Source: Chitinophaga pinensis (GTDB lineage Bacteria; Bacteroidota; Bacteroidia; 2-12-FULL-35-15). Taken from it: a stretch of 64,000 nucleotides of DNA. The notes under the pieces are model-generated. The model was not told the DNA's origin. It saw only the letters and a list, made by a program, of their open reading frames with translations, and did not search any database. Within the stretch, counting starts at the first letter, position 1. Each line of letters starts with the position of its first letter. This document shows positions 48,499-57,274 of the stretch, one piece after another. The stretch lies in the NCBI GenBank assembly GCA_945885475.1, contig CAMCYR010000002.1:37633-101632 (forward strand). The letters are read 5' to 3'. The translations under genes and the position numbers were made by a program.

Positions 48499-50493
48499 TT
48501 ACTCTTTCACAAACTTTTCTTTACCAATTACACTTCCTTTAGTATCTACTAATTGAATAAAATATATTCCACTAGGTAATGAACTTAGATTTAGTAGTGT
48601 TGATTTTTCTTTGGTAAACACAACCTGACCTAACATATTTATAATCTGTATACTGCTATAATTTAAACTAGTATTTATTGTCAGAGTCGAATTTGTTGGG
48701 TTAGGATAAACAGTAAATGATGCAGTATTACTTGCTGCATTTATTCCGGTGCAAAGATTTACAACCATTGTTATTTGAGCAGTATTTGCACACGCATTTA
48801 TATCTGTATACGTATACGTGATAATGTGTGTGCCTGCAGCAGCAATAGAAGGAGAGAAAGTACTACCCACAATACCTGCACCAGTCCATGTTCCTCCTAA
48901 AGGCAATGCTATTAAACTAACCGCAGAAGAAGAAATACATACATTGGTATCTGCAGCTGCTACACTTAATGAAGGCAAGGAGTTAACAGTTAAGTTTGTT
49001 GTTACAGTGCTATCACATCCATTGAACGCTGTGAGAATATCAGTATAAGTACCAAAGGTTGTGTAGGTGCTTGTTCCTACCTGATAATTTTCGCCTACAC
49101 AAATAGATGGAGATTGTATTCCCGTTATTGCAGCAGGTTCTGTTATAGTTCCAGTAGTTGAAGTGCTACAACCGTTAGCATCTGTAACAGGATAAGCATA
49201 CGTTCCTGCACTTGCAGTATATGTTCCTGTTCCAGTATAAGGAGCTGTACCATCCATGGCATTAACCGTTATTGTTGATGAACCACCATTACAAAAGATA
49301 GCTGTTGATGAAGATGTTGCCATTAGAGCATTGGGCTGAGTAATAACAAAACTTTGTTCGGCAGTACAACTATTTGCATCTGTAACAGAACAAGTATAAC
49401 TACCTGCAGAAAGTGCTGATGCAGTAGCGCCTGTTCCTCCACTTGGTGACCATGAATAAGTATAACCCGGTGTTCCACCAGCTGCTGCAATTGTAGCAGA
49501 ACCATTACTTAATCCATTACAACTTACATTGGTTTGTGCGCTTGCAGTTGTAGTAGGAGGAAGAGTTACATTTACTAAAGAAGTAGTAGTAGAAGTACAA
49601 CCTAATCCATCCGTACCTGTAATAGTATATGTAGTTGTAGTGCTCGGTGTTACTACTACAGAATTTCCTGATAAACTACCTGGCATCCATGTGTATGAAG
49701 ATGCACCACTTGCAGTAAGGGTGGTTGGTAAGCCTGAACAAATAGTTGAGGAACTTGCATTCACTGTTATACTAGAAGCTCCTGATTGGTATAGTGCATT
49801 AATTTCACATGGGGTTAAAGCTCTGTTCCAGATGCCAATATCATCTATTGTTCCGTCAACAGTGTTATATGAATTAGATCCATATGTTCCAAATCTTAAA
49901 TTAAAGTTTGATGAAACAAGTTGCGAAGTGGTAGGGAAAGAATTGGTTAAAACTCCATTTAAATAAATTCTGCACATTGACGCAGGGCCTCCATTATAGT
50001 CATAAGTTAAAACTGCATTATTCCATTGATTTAGAGATGTTAATGTATTTGTTTGAAAGGCACTCGTGTTATCATAATAAAAGTATAAACCAGTATTATT
50101 TCCAGCAAATAAAAAATGATTTTGACTTGATTGGTCTGATTTATTAATGAAATGATTATAGCCACAACATGATGACGGATCATTGTAGCTTTGGATATTG
50201 TACCAAATGGATAATGTCAATTCAGTTATACTATCTAATACTGCATTATTCATAATATCAATTGACTGTGCAGCTGAGCGGTTGAATTGGTAAGCAGAAT
50301 TTGGATTACTAAAGCGGTCTGTTGTTAAAATTGGACCATTCACAACCCCATTATTCCCATTACCGCTGCTATCAATAGCATTGCCATTAAACGGCCACCA
50401 ACCAACTAAGCCAGCTGATGGAACATAACTTGGTACTTGTGAAAAAGCATTTATGCTAAATACTAAACTTAAAATTAGTAGTAGTTTTTTCAT
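48499..50493 (-). CDS. T9SS cargo protein. It has an N-terminal concanavalin-A-like (LamG) lectin domain, SprB-type Ig-like repeats, and a Por type-A C-terminal sorting domain.
   Basis: A signal peptide is present. ...LTPCEINALYQSG marks the end of a LamG-like fold. Repeats such as NVSCNGLSNGSATIAAAGGTPGYTYSWSPSG follow. The C-terminus reads FTVYPNPTNSTLTIN...GIYFIQLVDTKG... Confidence 0.8.
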   Translation of the reverse strand: MKKLLLILSLVFSINAFSQVPSYVPSAGLVGWWPFNGNAIDSSGNGNNGVVNGPILTTDRFSNPNSAYQFNRSAAQSIDIMNNAVLDSITELTLSIWYNIQSYNDPSSCCGYNHFINKSDQSSQNHFLFAGNNTGLYFYYDNTSAFQTNTLTSLNQWNNAVLTYDYNGGPASMCRIYLNGVLTNSFPTTSQLVSSNFNLRFGTYGSNSYNTVDGTIDDIGIWNRALTPCEINALYQSGASSITVNASSSTICSGLPTTLTASGASSYTWMPGSLSGNSVVVTPSTTTTYTITGTDGLGCTSTTTSLVNVTLPPTTTASAQTNVSCNGLSNGSATIAAAGGTPGYTYSWSPSGGTGATASALSAGSYTCSVTDANSCTAEQSFVITQPNALMATSSSTAIFCNGGSSTITVNAMDGTAPYTGTGTYTASAGTYAYPVTDANGCSTSTTGTITEPAAITGIQSPSICVGENYQVGTSTYTTFGTYTDILTAFNGCDSTVTTNLTVNSLPSLSVAAADTNVCISSSAVSLIALPLGGTWTGAGIVGSTFSPSIAAAGTHIITYTYTDINACANTAQITMVVNLCTGINAASNTASFTVYPNPTNSTLTINTSLNYSSIQIINMLGQVVFTKEKSTLLNLSSLPSGIYFIQLVDTKGSVIGKEKFVKE

Positions 50494-50900
50494 AGGGTTT
50501 TGGTTTTAAGTAAAATTGTTTTGTTCAGAAGATACAAGTTGCTGCATACCAATAGATATGAAACCTTAATGTTTTTTAATAAAGAAAATATTGTGGATTA
50601 TGATAGGAGAGTATATAATCAATACAAATGTAAACTATTTTGTATAAAGTGCTAATTTTAAATAACCACAGTATCTCTAGGGTTTTTTAGTTGATTGATT
50701 TTAGCTTTAAACCAATTAGCAGAGGCATTTTATTCATTACCTTGAACAAAGCAGTTTTTAAAACAGTTAGGAGAAGCAATAACTAAGCACAGATTAAAAC
50801 TGTAGCTTCTCCTAAATCATTTGCATGTAATTTGCATGTGGAGGGTCATTTTCCTACCTCAAAAGCCATTTCTGACCTTAAGGGTTTAAAAAACAAAAAA

Positions 50901-51013
50901 CCTTACAACTTAATAGCTGTAAGGTTTCTTTTGCTCCCTCTGCTGGACTTGAACCAGCGACCCTCTGATTAATCCCGCACGTGCGGGACTCTAACCAGCT
51001 GAGCTAATTTCCC
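50901..51013 (-). repeat. att-like direct repeat, copy 2. It is a terminator hairpin (50901-50925) plus a tRNA-Asn-derived pseudo-tRNA (50934-51013).
   Basis: The 3' 39 nt (50934-50972) and the D-arm (50990-51008) are identical to tRNA-Asn. The acceptor 5' strand and the anticodon stem are replaced (GGGAAAT... and CCCGCACGTGCGGG), so no cloverleaf can form. Confidence 0.7.
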
Positions 51014-51289
51014 TTCTGGTATAAAGTCTGTATTAATCAACTTTTCGATTAGTTTTTTAGACTTCTGTTTTTTGATAAAACGTTCCAATGTTACTGCCTC
51101 AGATTGTGTTCCTGCTTCAAACACTGCTTTCAATTCCGACGGCTTGTGCTTGGAAGAAAATGTTCCTTCTTCTTTTGTATTATGCTGAATCAATCTCTCT
51201 GCAGGACTTTCACTATACCCGATATATGTAATATCGGATTTCAAACTATGAAGAATGTATATGTAGAACACGGGACTAAGGTAAAACAA
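50969..51289 (-). CDS. Small GIY-YIG domain nuclease-family protein, of the type common next to tRNA genes in Bacteroidota
   Basis: FYIYILHSLKSDITYIGYSESPAERLIQHN is a GIY-YIG motif. The last ~15 codons read through the pseudo-tRNA (…LAQLVRVPHVRD). Confidence 0.65.
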   Translation of the reverse strand: MFYLSPVFYIYILHSLKSDITYIGYSESPAERLIQHNTKEEGTFSSKHKPSELKAVFEAGTQSEAVTLERFIKKQKSKKLIEKLINTDFIPEGKLAQLVRVPHVRD

Positions 51290-51318
51290 AAAAGCCTCAC
51301 ATTTCTGTAAGGCTTTTG

Positions 51319-51392
51319 CTCCCTCTGCTGGACTTGAACCAGCGACCCTCTGATTAACAGTCAGATGCTCTAACCAGCTGAGCTAAGAAGGA
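51319..51392 (-). tRNA. tRNA-Asn (anticodon GTT)
   Basis: On the minus strand the sequence is UCCUUCU-UA-GCUC-AGCUGGUUA-GAGC-A-UCUGA-CUGUUAA-UCAGA-GGGUC-GCUGG-UUCAAGU-CCAGC-AGAGGGA-G. The 7-bp acceptor stem has one G-U pair. The anticodon loop CU-GUU-AA gives GUU. The T-loop is GTTCAAGT. The 5' U is as in E. coli tRNA-Asn. A terminator hairpin lies at 51292-51315. Confidence 0.9.
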
Positions 51393-51500
51393 ATTTAATT
51401 ATGCTCTGGTTAATATCCTTTTGAAAAAGGAGTGCAATATTAGTATGTTCAAAGCAAATATGCAATATATTTGCACGAAATTTTAATAAAAGTCTAAAAT

Positions 51501-52424
51501 ATGAGTTTATTAGTTGTAGGAACAGTTGCTTTTGATGCCATTGAAACCCCTTTCGGGAAAACCGATAAAATTCTTGGTGGTGCTGCCACATATATTTCAT
51601 TAGCAGCATCTTACTTTACAAAAAATATCAATTTGGTATCCGTTGTTGGAGGCGATTTTCCTGCTGAACACATCGAAATGCTTAAAAAGCATCACGTGAA
51701 TACCGACGGTTTACAAATTCTGAAAGATCAAAAAACATTTTTTTGGGCCGGTAAGTATCACAATGATATGAATAGCCGCGATACCATCACCACTGAATTA
51801 AACGTTTTGGAATCGTTTAATCCTGTTGTTCCTGATGCATACCAGGATTGTGAGTTCTTAATGCTGGGGAACCTTGTTCCTAAAGTGCAGCAACAAGTGA
51901 TTTTACAATTAAAAAAACGTCCGAAACTTATTGTATTGGATACCATGAACTTCTGGATGGATATCGCCATGCCTGATCTCTTGGAAAATATTGCCATGGT
52001 AGATGTTCTGACAATCAATGATGGTGAAGCGCGTCAGCTTTCTGGTGAGTACTCCTTGGTAAAGGCAGCTCAAAAAATATTGGCGATGGGACCAAAGTAT
52101 TTGATTATCAAAAAAGGGGAACACGGTGCTTTATTGTTTGATAAAACACAAGTGTTTTTTGCTCCTGCATTGCCTTTAGAAGATGTTTTTGATCCAACAG
52201 GTGCCGGAGATAGTTTTGCCGGTGGATTCATCGGTTATTTGGCCGAAACGAAAGATATTTCTTTTGAGAATATGAAACGTGCAATCATTTTTGGTTCTGC
52301 AACCGCATCTTTCTGCGTTGAAAAATTTGGAACAGAGAATTTGGTTGGTTTAACAGCTGAACAAGTAGATAGTCGTTTTCAGCAGTTTATTGACCTTGTG
52401 CAGTTTGATATTGCATTGGCATAA
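51501..52424 (+). CDS. PfkB-family carbohydrate kinase (ribokinase-like)
   Basis: There is an N-terminal GG dipeptide region. The C-terminus ...DPTGAGDSFAGGFIGYL is the PfkB signature 2. Confidence 0.85.
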   Translation: MSLLVVGTVAFDAIETPFGKTDKILGGAATYISLAASYFTKNINLVSVVGGDFPAEHIEMLKKHHVNTDGLQILKDQKTFFWAGKYHNDMNSRDTITTELNVLESFNPVVPDAYQDCEFLMLGNLVPKVQQQVILQLKKRPKLIVLDTMNFWMDIAMPDLLENIAMVDVLTINDGEARQLSGEYSLVKAAQKILAMGPKYLIIKKGEHGALLFDKTQVFFAPALPLEDVFDPTGAGDSFAGGFIGYLAETKDISFENMKRAIIFGSATASFCVEKFGTENLVGLTAEQVDSRFQQFIDLVQFDIALA

Positions 52425-52459
52425 TTTCTCAACGATACACTACGTTTTTTATAATCAAA

Positions 52460-52493
52460 GAAAAATGCCACGCTAAAAGTGTGGCATTTTTCT
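52460..52493. terminator. Bidirectional rho-independent terminator
   Basis: AAAAATGCCAC-gctaaaagt-GTGGCATTTTT. Confidence 0.7.
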
Positions 52494-52517
52494 TTGATCT
52501 TTAATTTCAATTGTAGG

Positions 52518-53270
52518 CTAGATGGTATAAATGTTCTCGGCAGTCTCCCAATTCACCACATTCCACCACGAAGTAATATAATCAGCGCGTTTGTTTTGGT
52601 TTTTAAGATAATACGCATGTTCCCACACATCCAAAGCCAATACCGGCATTCCTTTTACTTCAACCGATTCTAAATTCATTAATGGGTTATCCTGATTGGC
52701 TGTTGAGCTGATCACCAATTTCCCTTCTTTTGTTTTTACTAACCAGGCCCAACCGGAGCCAAACCGTTTCATGCCGGCATCTGTAAATTGTTTTTTGAAT
52801 TCTTCGAAGGATCCAAATGTTGTTTTGATCGCATCTGCCAGTTTGCCCTTGGGTTCGCCACCGCCATTCGGTTTCATTAAACTCCAAAAAAGAGAATGGT
52901 TGTAATGCCCACCTGCATTGTTACGCAGCGCCATTGGTAATTTCGCAACGTTGTCGAAAATATTCTCAACTGTTTGCGGACTTCCTAAGATCTTTCCATC
53001 AAGGGTTTCCAAGGCTTTGTTCATATTATCAACATAAGCTTTGTGATGTTTGCTGTGGTGGATCTCCATCGTCAATTTATCGATGTGTGGCTCTAAGGCA
53101 TCATAAGCATATGGTAAAGCGGGAAGTATAAATTTTCCTCCATCAGCCAAACCATTTTCTTTTTCAAGAGATTCGTTTGCAGATAATACATTTCCTATAG
53201 ATGAAGAAACAGCGATTGCACCGAATGCGAGTGCTGATTTTTTAATAAAATCTCTTCTTGAATTTTCCAT
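52518..53270 (-). CDS. sod: Fe/Mn superoxide dismutase with an N-terminal twin-arginine (Tat) signal
   Basis: SRRDFIKKSALAFGAIAVSS is a Tat motif. HHSKHH...DVWEHAYYL are the SOD metal ligands. Confidence 0.9.
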   Translation of the reverse strand: MENSRRDFIKKSALAFGAIAVSSSIGNVLSANESLEKENGLADGGKFILPALPYAYDALEPHIDKLTMEIHHSKHHKAYVDNMNKALETLDGKILGSPQTVENIFDNVAKLPMALRNNAGGHYNHSLFWSLMKPNGGGEPKGKLADAIKTTFGSFEEFKKQFTDAGMKRFGSGWAWLVKTKEGKLVISSTANQDNPLMNLESVEVKGMPVLALDVWEHAYYLKNQNKRADYITSWWNVVNWETAENIYTI

Positions 53271-53345
53271 TTCGAATAAAAATTTATGTGTGTCTTTTAA
53301 ATAAAACGATTTGTCCCAATGTTTAATTCCTGAAGAGATCCGGGA

Positions 53346-53849
53346 TTATCCGAAATTGATCAATACCTGGTTTTTTTCAACAGCAAGGCCCTTTTTTACA
53401 TTGATCTTTTTAATCGTTCCATCGCTTGGTGATTTGATAATGTTTTCCATTTTCATAGCTTCCAACACTAAAATAGGATCGCCTTTTTTTACAGTATCTC
53501 CTTCTGAAACACGAATATCTAAAACCAATCCAGGCATAGGCGCTTTTATCTCATTTACCTTTTTTGCGCTTAGATCATCAAAGCCTAAACTCTTCAGCAA
53601 CTCATCAAATTTATCTTTGACATTTAACTGATATTTATTGCCATTTACGCTAACCAAAAAACTCTTTTCTGCTGCATCTGATTTTATCACTTCAACATTG
53701 TAAGAGCGATTGTCTTTGATCACATGAAAACTACCGTCTTTCACCTCGATTACATCCCAGGCAAATGCTTTGCCATCGATCGTTCCGGAGTTTACGTCCG
53801 CAAGCACAATACTGTGCTCTTTCTGATTGTTTACTTTTACTTTTAGCAT
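53346..53849 (-). CDS. Biotin/lipoyl-attachment domain protein (biotin carboxyl-carrier-like) with an unknown N-terminal domain
   Basis: The C-terminus ...GDPILVLEAMKMENIIKSP carries the AMKM biotinylation motif. Confidence 0.8.
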   Translation of the reverse strand: MLKVKVNNQKEHSIVLADVNSGTIDGKAFAWDVIEVKDGSFHVIKDNRSYNVEVIKSDAAEKSFLVSVNGNKYQLNVKDKFDELLKSLGFDDLSAKKVNEIKAPMPGLVLDIRVSEGDTVKKGDPILVLEAMKMENIIKSPSDGTIKKINVKKGLAVEKNQVLINFG

Positions 53850-53889
53850 ATCACAAATATATTGATTTTTACACCGCTTAACAAAATAA

Positions 53890-53987
53890 TGTCACTTCAG
53901 ACAATGTGAGTTTTGTCATTTCTGAGCTCATCCAATTTCTTTATTTCGAGCGGAGTCGCTTGTTATTTCGACAGCAGTCGAGAAATT
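53890..53987. repeat. Degenerate units of the CGAGCGGAGTCGAG (REP-like) family
   Basis: gtcacttcag...TTCGAGCGGAGTCGct...TTCGAcaGcAGTCGAGAAat. Confidence 0.45.
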
Positions 53988-54038
53988 ATTTGAAATCAAC
54001 ATTATTTTCACAACCTTTGAGTTCCTAAAAATCAGCGA

Positions 54039-56720
54039 ATGAGTTCTATTAAACATGTTTTTATCATTGCAACAGCGGTTGTGTTTTCTTCTTGTAATGT
54101 ATTTAAAAAGGCCAGCGAAAAAGACGATGATCTGTTTGTGATGAATCTGGATACCATCCAGGCCTTGTCAACGATTCAGGAACCCGTTCTTTATCGCGCT
54201 TCTGAAACACGCGTCAATGATATCATTCATACAAAATTGGATGTGAGTTTCGATTGGAAAAAACAATACTTGTATGGAAAAGCAACCATTACATTGAAAC
54301 CCTATTTTTATCCGACTTCCTCCCTGCAGCTTGACGCAAGGGGCATGGAACTGAAAGAATTGTCCGTATTAAAAAAAATAGTTCATGAATCCAAGCCTGC
54401 TAAAAAGGGTGTGGCTGCCGAACCGGCTGTTGAAGAGCTCATTAAAACACCTTTGCAGTACAGTTATGAAAACGATGTTATTACCATTCAGTTGGATAAG
54501 GTCTACAAAAATAATGAAGAATATACCGTTTTTATCGAGTATGTTTCTAAGCCCAATGAGTTGAAAAAAGTAGGTGGCAGCGCAGCCATAACCGATGATA
54601 AAGGATTGTATTTTATTAATCCGGAAGGAAAAGAAAAAGACAAGCCGATGGAGATCTGGACGCAAGGAGAAACGCAATCAAGCTCTGTTTGGTTTCCTAC
54701 AATTGATCGCCCGAATGAGCGTATGACCCAAGAGATTTATATGACCGTTGATAAAAAATACGTTACGCTTTCCAATGGGGAATTGGTTTCTTCCTTCGAC
54801 AATGGTGATAGCACACGCACCGATTACTGGAAAATGGATTTACCGCATGCTCCGTATTTAGCAATGATGGCTGTTGGTGATTTTGCTGTTGTGAAGGATA
54901 ACACCTGGAGAGGCAAGGAAGTGAATTATTATGTAGACAAAGCTTTTGAACCCTATGCAAAAGCTATTTTTGGAAACACACCCGAGATGCTCGAGTTTTT
55001 TTCTAACACTTTAGGTGTAGAATATGTATGGAATAAATATTCTCAAATTGTTGCCCGCGATTTTGTTTCGGGTGCCATGGAGAATACCACCGCAACATTA
55101 CACAGTGAATATTTACAGCTTACCGACAGAGAACTGTTAGATAAAGATTATGAGGATTATATTTCTCACGAACTATTTCATCAATGGTTTGGTGATTTGG
55201 TTACCTGTGAATCTTGGAGCAACCTGCCTTTGAATGAATCTTTTGCAACATATGGTGAATATTTATGGGAGGAATATAAATATGGTTTGGATGCAGCTGA
55301 TCAGCACAGTGCCGAATCCCGTGCAGGTTATTTTGCGGAAGCAGATAGAAAACAAGTCAGTCTGATACGTTTTCAATTCGATGACAAAGAGGACATGTTT
55401 GACGGACATAGCTATAATAAAGGCGGACAAGTTCTGCACATGCTTCGTAAATATGTTGGTGACGATGCCTTTTTTGCTTCTTTGAAATTGTATCTCGAAA
55501 CAAATAAATATACTTCTGTTGAGATCCATCAGTTGAGAATGGCATTTGAAAAAGTGTGTGGTGAAGACTTGAATTGGTTTTTCAATCAATGGTTCCTGTC
55601 TCCCGGACACCCCGATCTTATTATCAATACAGAATACGATGCAACAGCTAAAATTCAAAAAGTACAGATAAAACAAGTACAGGATTTTTCAAAAACACCC
55701 TTGTTTAAAATTCCAATGTTCATTGATTTATATGCGAATGGTAAAGTAGATCGCCAAAAAATTACCATTACAAAAGCGGATGAAACATTTGAGTTTGCAG
55801 CCGTTTCAAAGCCAAATCTAGTAAATGTAGATGCACAAAAAATGCTGTTGTGCACAAAGAACGAACAGAAATCGCTTGTGGAATGGGCTTTTCAATACAG
55901 GAATGCCCCTTTATATTTAGATCGATTTGAGGCAATCACCAAATTAACGGAACAGGCGGACGACTCCCTATCAACTGAAATTATACTTTCAGCGCTGAAT
56001 GATAAATTCTGGAGCTTACGTTTAGATGCCATAAATTCATTGACAAACATTCAGCCGGGACACGAGAAAATCATTAAGGATAAATTGGTCTTGCTAGCAC
56101 AAAAAGATCCTAAATCGTTAGTCCGCTCAACGGCAATCGAATATTTGGCTTCACACTATAAAGATGCTGATCTGGAAACGGTTTATAAAAATGGATTAGC
56201 TGACCGGTCTTATTATGTGTTAAGTTCATCACTTTCTGCAATCGGCAGATTAAATCCGAGTGAGGCAATTGTATTGGCAAAACAATATGAGAATGATACC
56301 AATGAGGACGTGTTGTTTGCTGTTGCTGATTTGTATTCTTTAAGTGGATTGGATGAAAACAATGAATTTTTTGTTAAAAATGTTTCAAAATTCAGCGGTT
56401 ATTCCATGATCGGATTTATTTCCCAATATGCGGCTTTTTTGAAAAAAGTAAAAAAGGATGAAACGGTGAACAAAGGTGTTGAGGTGTTAGCAACGATTGC
56501 AAGTGACAAGGATGTAACAAAATGGGTGGCCTATTATGCTAAAAAGTCGATCAAAGAAATTGTAAATATGTATGACGATAGAATAACGGCGAATACAGAA
56601 AAAATTAAAAAACTAAAAGATATAAATCCAAATGCGGAAGTGCGTGAATTAGAAATTCAAATTGAAAGCGCTAAAGCACAAAAGGAAAAAGTTGCGAAGG
56701 TTTTCGATACAGTAAAATAG
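54039..56720 (+). CDS. pepN: M1-family zinc aminopeptidase (aminopeptidase N-like) with C-terminal HEAT/ARM-like repeats
   Basis: GAMEN (VSGAMENTTA) and HELFHQWFGD...ESFATYGE (HEXXH-X18-E) are the motifs. It has an N-terminal signal or lipoprotein peptide. Confidence 0.9.
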   Translation: MSSIKHVFIIATAVVFSSCNVFKKASEKDDDLFVMNLDTIQALSTIQEPVLYRASETRVNDIIHTKLDVSFDWKKQYLYGKATITLKPYFYPTSSLQLDARGMELKELSVLKKIVHESKPAKKGVAAEPAVEELIKTPLQYSYENDVITIQLDKVYKNNEEYTVFIEYVSKPNELKKVGGSAAITDDKGLYFINPEGKEKDKPMEIWTQGETQSSSVWFPTIDRPNERMTQEIYMTVDKKYVTLSNGELVSSFDNGDSTRTDYWKMDLPHAPYLAMMAVGDFAVVKDNTWRGKEVNYYVDKAFEPYAKAIFGNTPEMLEFFSNTLGVEYVWNKYSQIVARDFVSGAMENTTATLHSEYLQLTDRELLDKDYEDYISHELFHQWFGDLVTCESWSNLPLNESFATYGEYLWEEYKYGLDAADQHSAESRAGYFAEADRKQVSLIRFQFDDKEDMFDGHSYNKGGQVLHMLRKYVGDDAFFASLKLYLETNKYTSVEIHQLRMAFEKVCGEDLNWFFNQWFLSPGHPDLIINTEYDATAKIQKVQIKQVQDFSKTPLFKIPMFIDLYANGKVDRQKITITKADETFEFAAVSKPNLVNVDAQKMLLCTKNEQKSLVEWAFQYRNAPLYLDRFEAITKLTEQADDSLSTEIILSALNDKFWSLRLDAINSLTNIQPGHEKIIKDKLVLLAQKDPKSLVRSTAIEYLASHYKDADLETVYKNGLADRSYYVLSSSLSAIGRLNPSEAIVLAKQYENDTNEDVLFAVADLYSLSGLDENNEFFVKNVSKFSGYSMIGFISQYAAFLKKVKKDETVNKGVEVLATIASDKDVTKWVAYYAKKSIKEIVNMYDDRITANTEKIKKLKDINPNAEVRELEIQIESAKAQKEKVAKVFDTVK

Positions 56721-56750
56721 AATGCCTAAAAAGAGGGTGTATGTATTGAA

Positions 56751-56955
56751 CTTGACATGGACATTTAAGTATAGATAGGGACACTTGGCTTCTCGACTCC
56801 GCTCGATTGACTTGGGACAAATACTTTTCTTACTTATATTCATCTCGTTCTCGACTCCGCTCGATTGACAGTATTTAAATGACAGCTCAATTGATATCAG
56901 ATAGTCAGTTCGAGCGGAGTCGAGAACCGTATTGTACTAAATAGCAGATTTAAAT
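56751..56955. repeat. Composite REP/MITE-like element A (205 bp). It is built from three 22-24-nt CGAGCGGAGTCGAG-family units, two forward and one inverted.
   Basis: cttgacatggacatttaagtatag...TTCTCGACTCCGCTCGATTGAC ×2 ... GTCAGTTCGAGCGGAGTCGAGAAC...agatttaaat. It abuts the stop codon of the TPR gene. Confidence 0.65.
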
Positions 56956-56956
56956 C

Positions 56957-57274
56957 CTAGTCTTCCAGCATCCACAGCGCTTCATTTAATTCGCCAAGTG
57001 CTTTGTTGTTTTTAATGCTTTTTGCAATCGCTATTCCTTTTGTGTATGTGTCGATTGCCTTCGGTAAATCCTGAATTTGCTCGTAAAATTTACCCAATTG
57101 ATAATAGGCGCCTAAATAATTCTCCTCTCTTAAAAGAACATTTTCAATCAGTTCTATTGCTTTATGTACATCATTCGCTTTCGCGAACTCCAGTGCCAAT
57201 GCATAATTTAAGAAGGAGTCGTTTGGCTCCGTTTTAAGCATTTCTTCAATTTGGGATAATCTTGACATGGACAT
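56957..57274 (-). CDS. Small tetratricopeptide-repeat protein (105 aa) tightly bracketed by REP/MITE-like elements
   Basis: ...ALALEFAKANDVHKAIELIE...GAYYQLGKFYEQIQDLPKAIDTYTKGIA are TPR helices. The first 4 codons lie inside element B. Confidence 0.55.
   Translation of the reverse strand: MSMSRLSQIEEMLKTEPNDSFLNYALALEFAKANDVHKAIELIENVLLREENYLGAYYQLGKFYEQIQDLPKAIDTYTKGIAIAKSIKNNKALGELNEALWMLED

Larger units (their letters stand above)
43653..50933 (-). mobile_element. Putative tRNA-Asn-associated genomic island or integrative-element remnant, with no integrase in the window
   Basis: It is bounded by two direct copies (>95% identical over ~105 nt) of the tRNA-Asn 3' half plus terminator hairpin. 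All eight genes are on the minus strand. The cargo is RadC-like JAB, unknown small ORFs, paralogous outer-membrane proteins and a T9SS adhesin. Confidence 0.5.

Noticed and set aside
50934-51013. Second functional tRNA gene
   Set aside because: The 5' acceptor strand GGGAAAT cannot pair with the 3' strand AGAGGGA, and the anticodon region is a 14-nt palindrome with no 7-nt loop. This is a pseudo-tRNA or att remnant.
43653-51318. Integrase, transposase or excisionase within the island
   Set aside because: All ORFs were inspected on both strands. None shows recombinase motifs such as the tyrosine recombinase R...HxxR...Y pattern or DDE.
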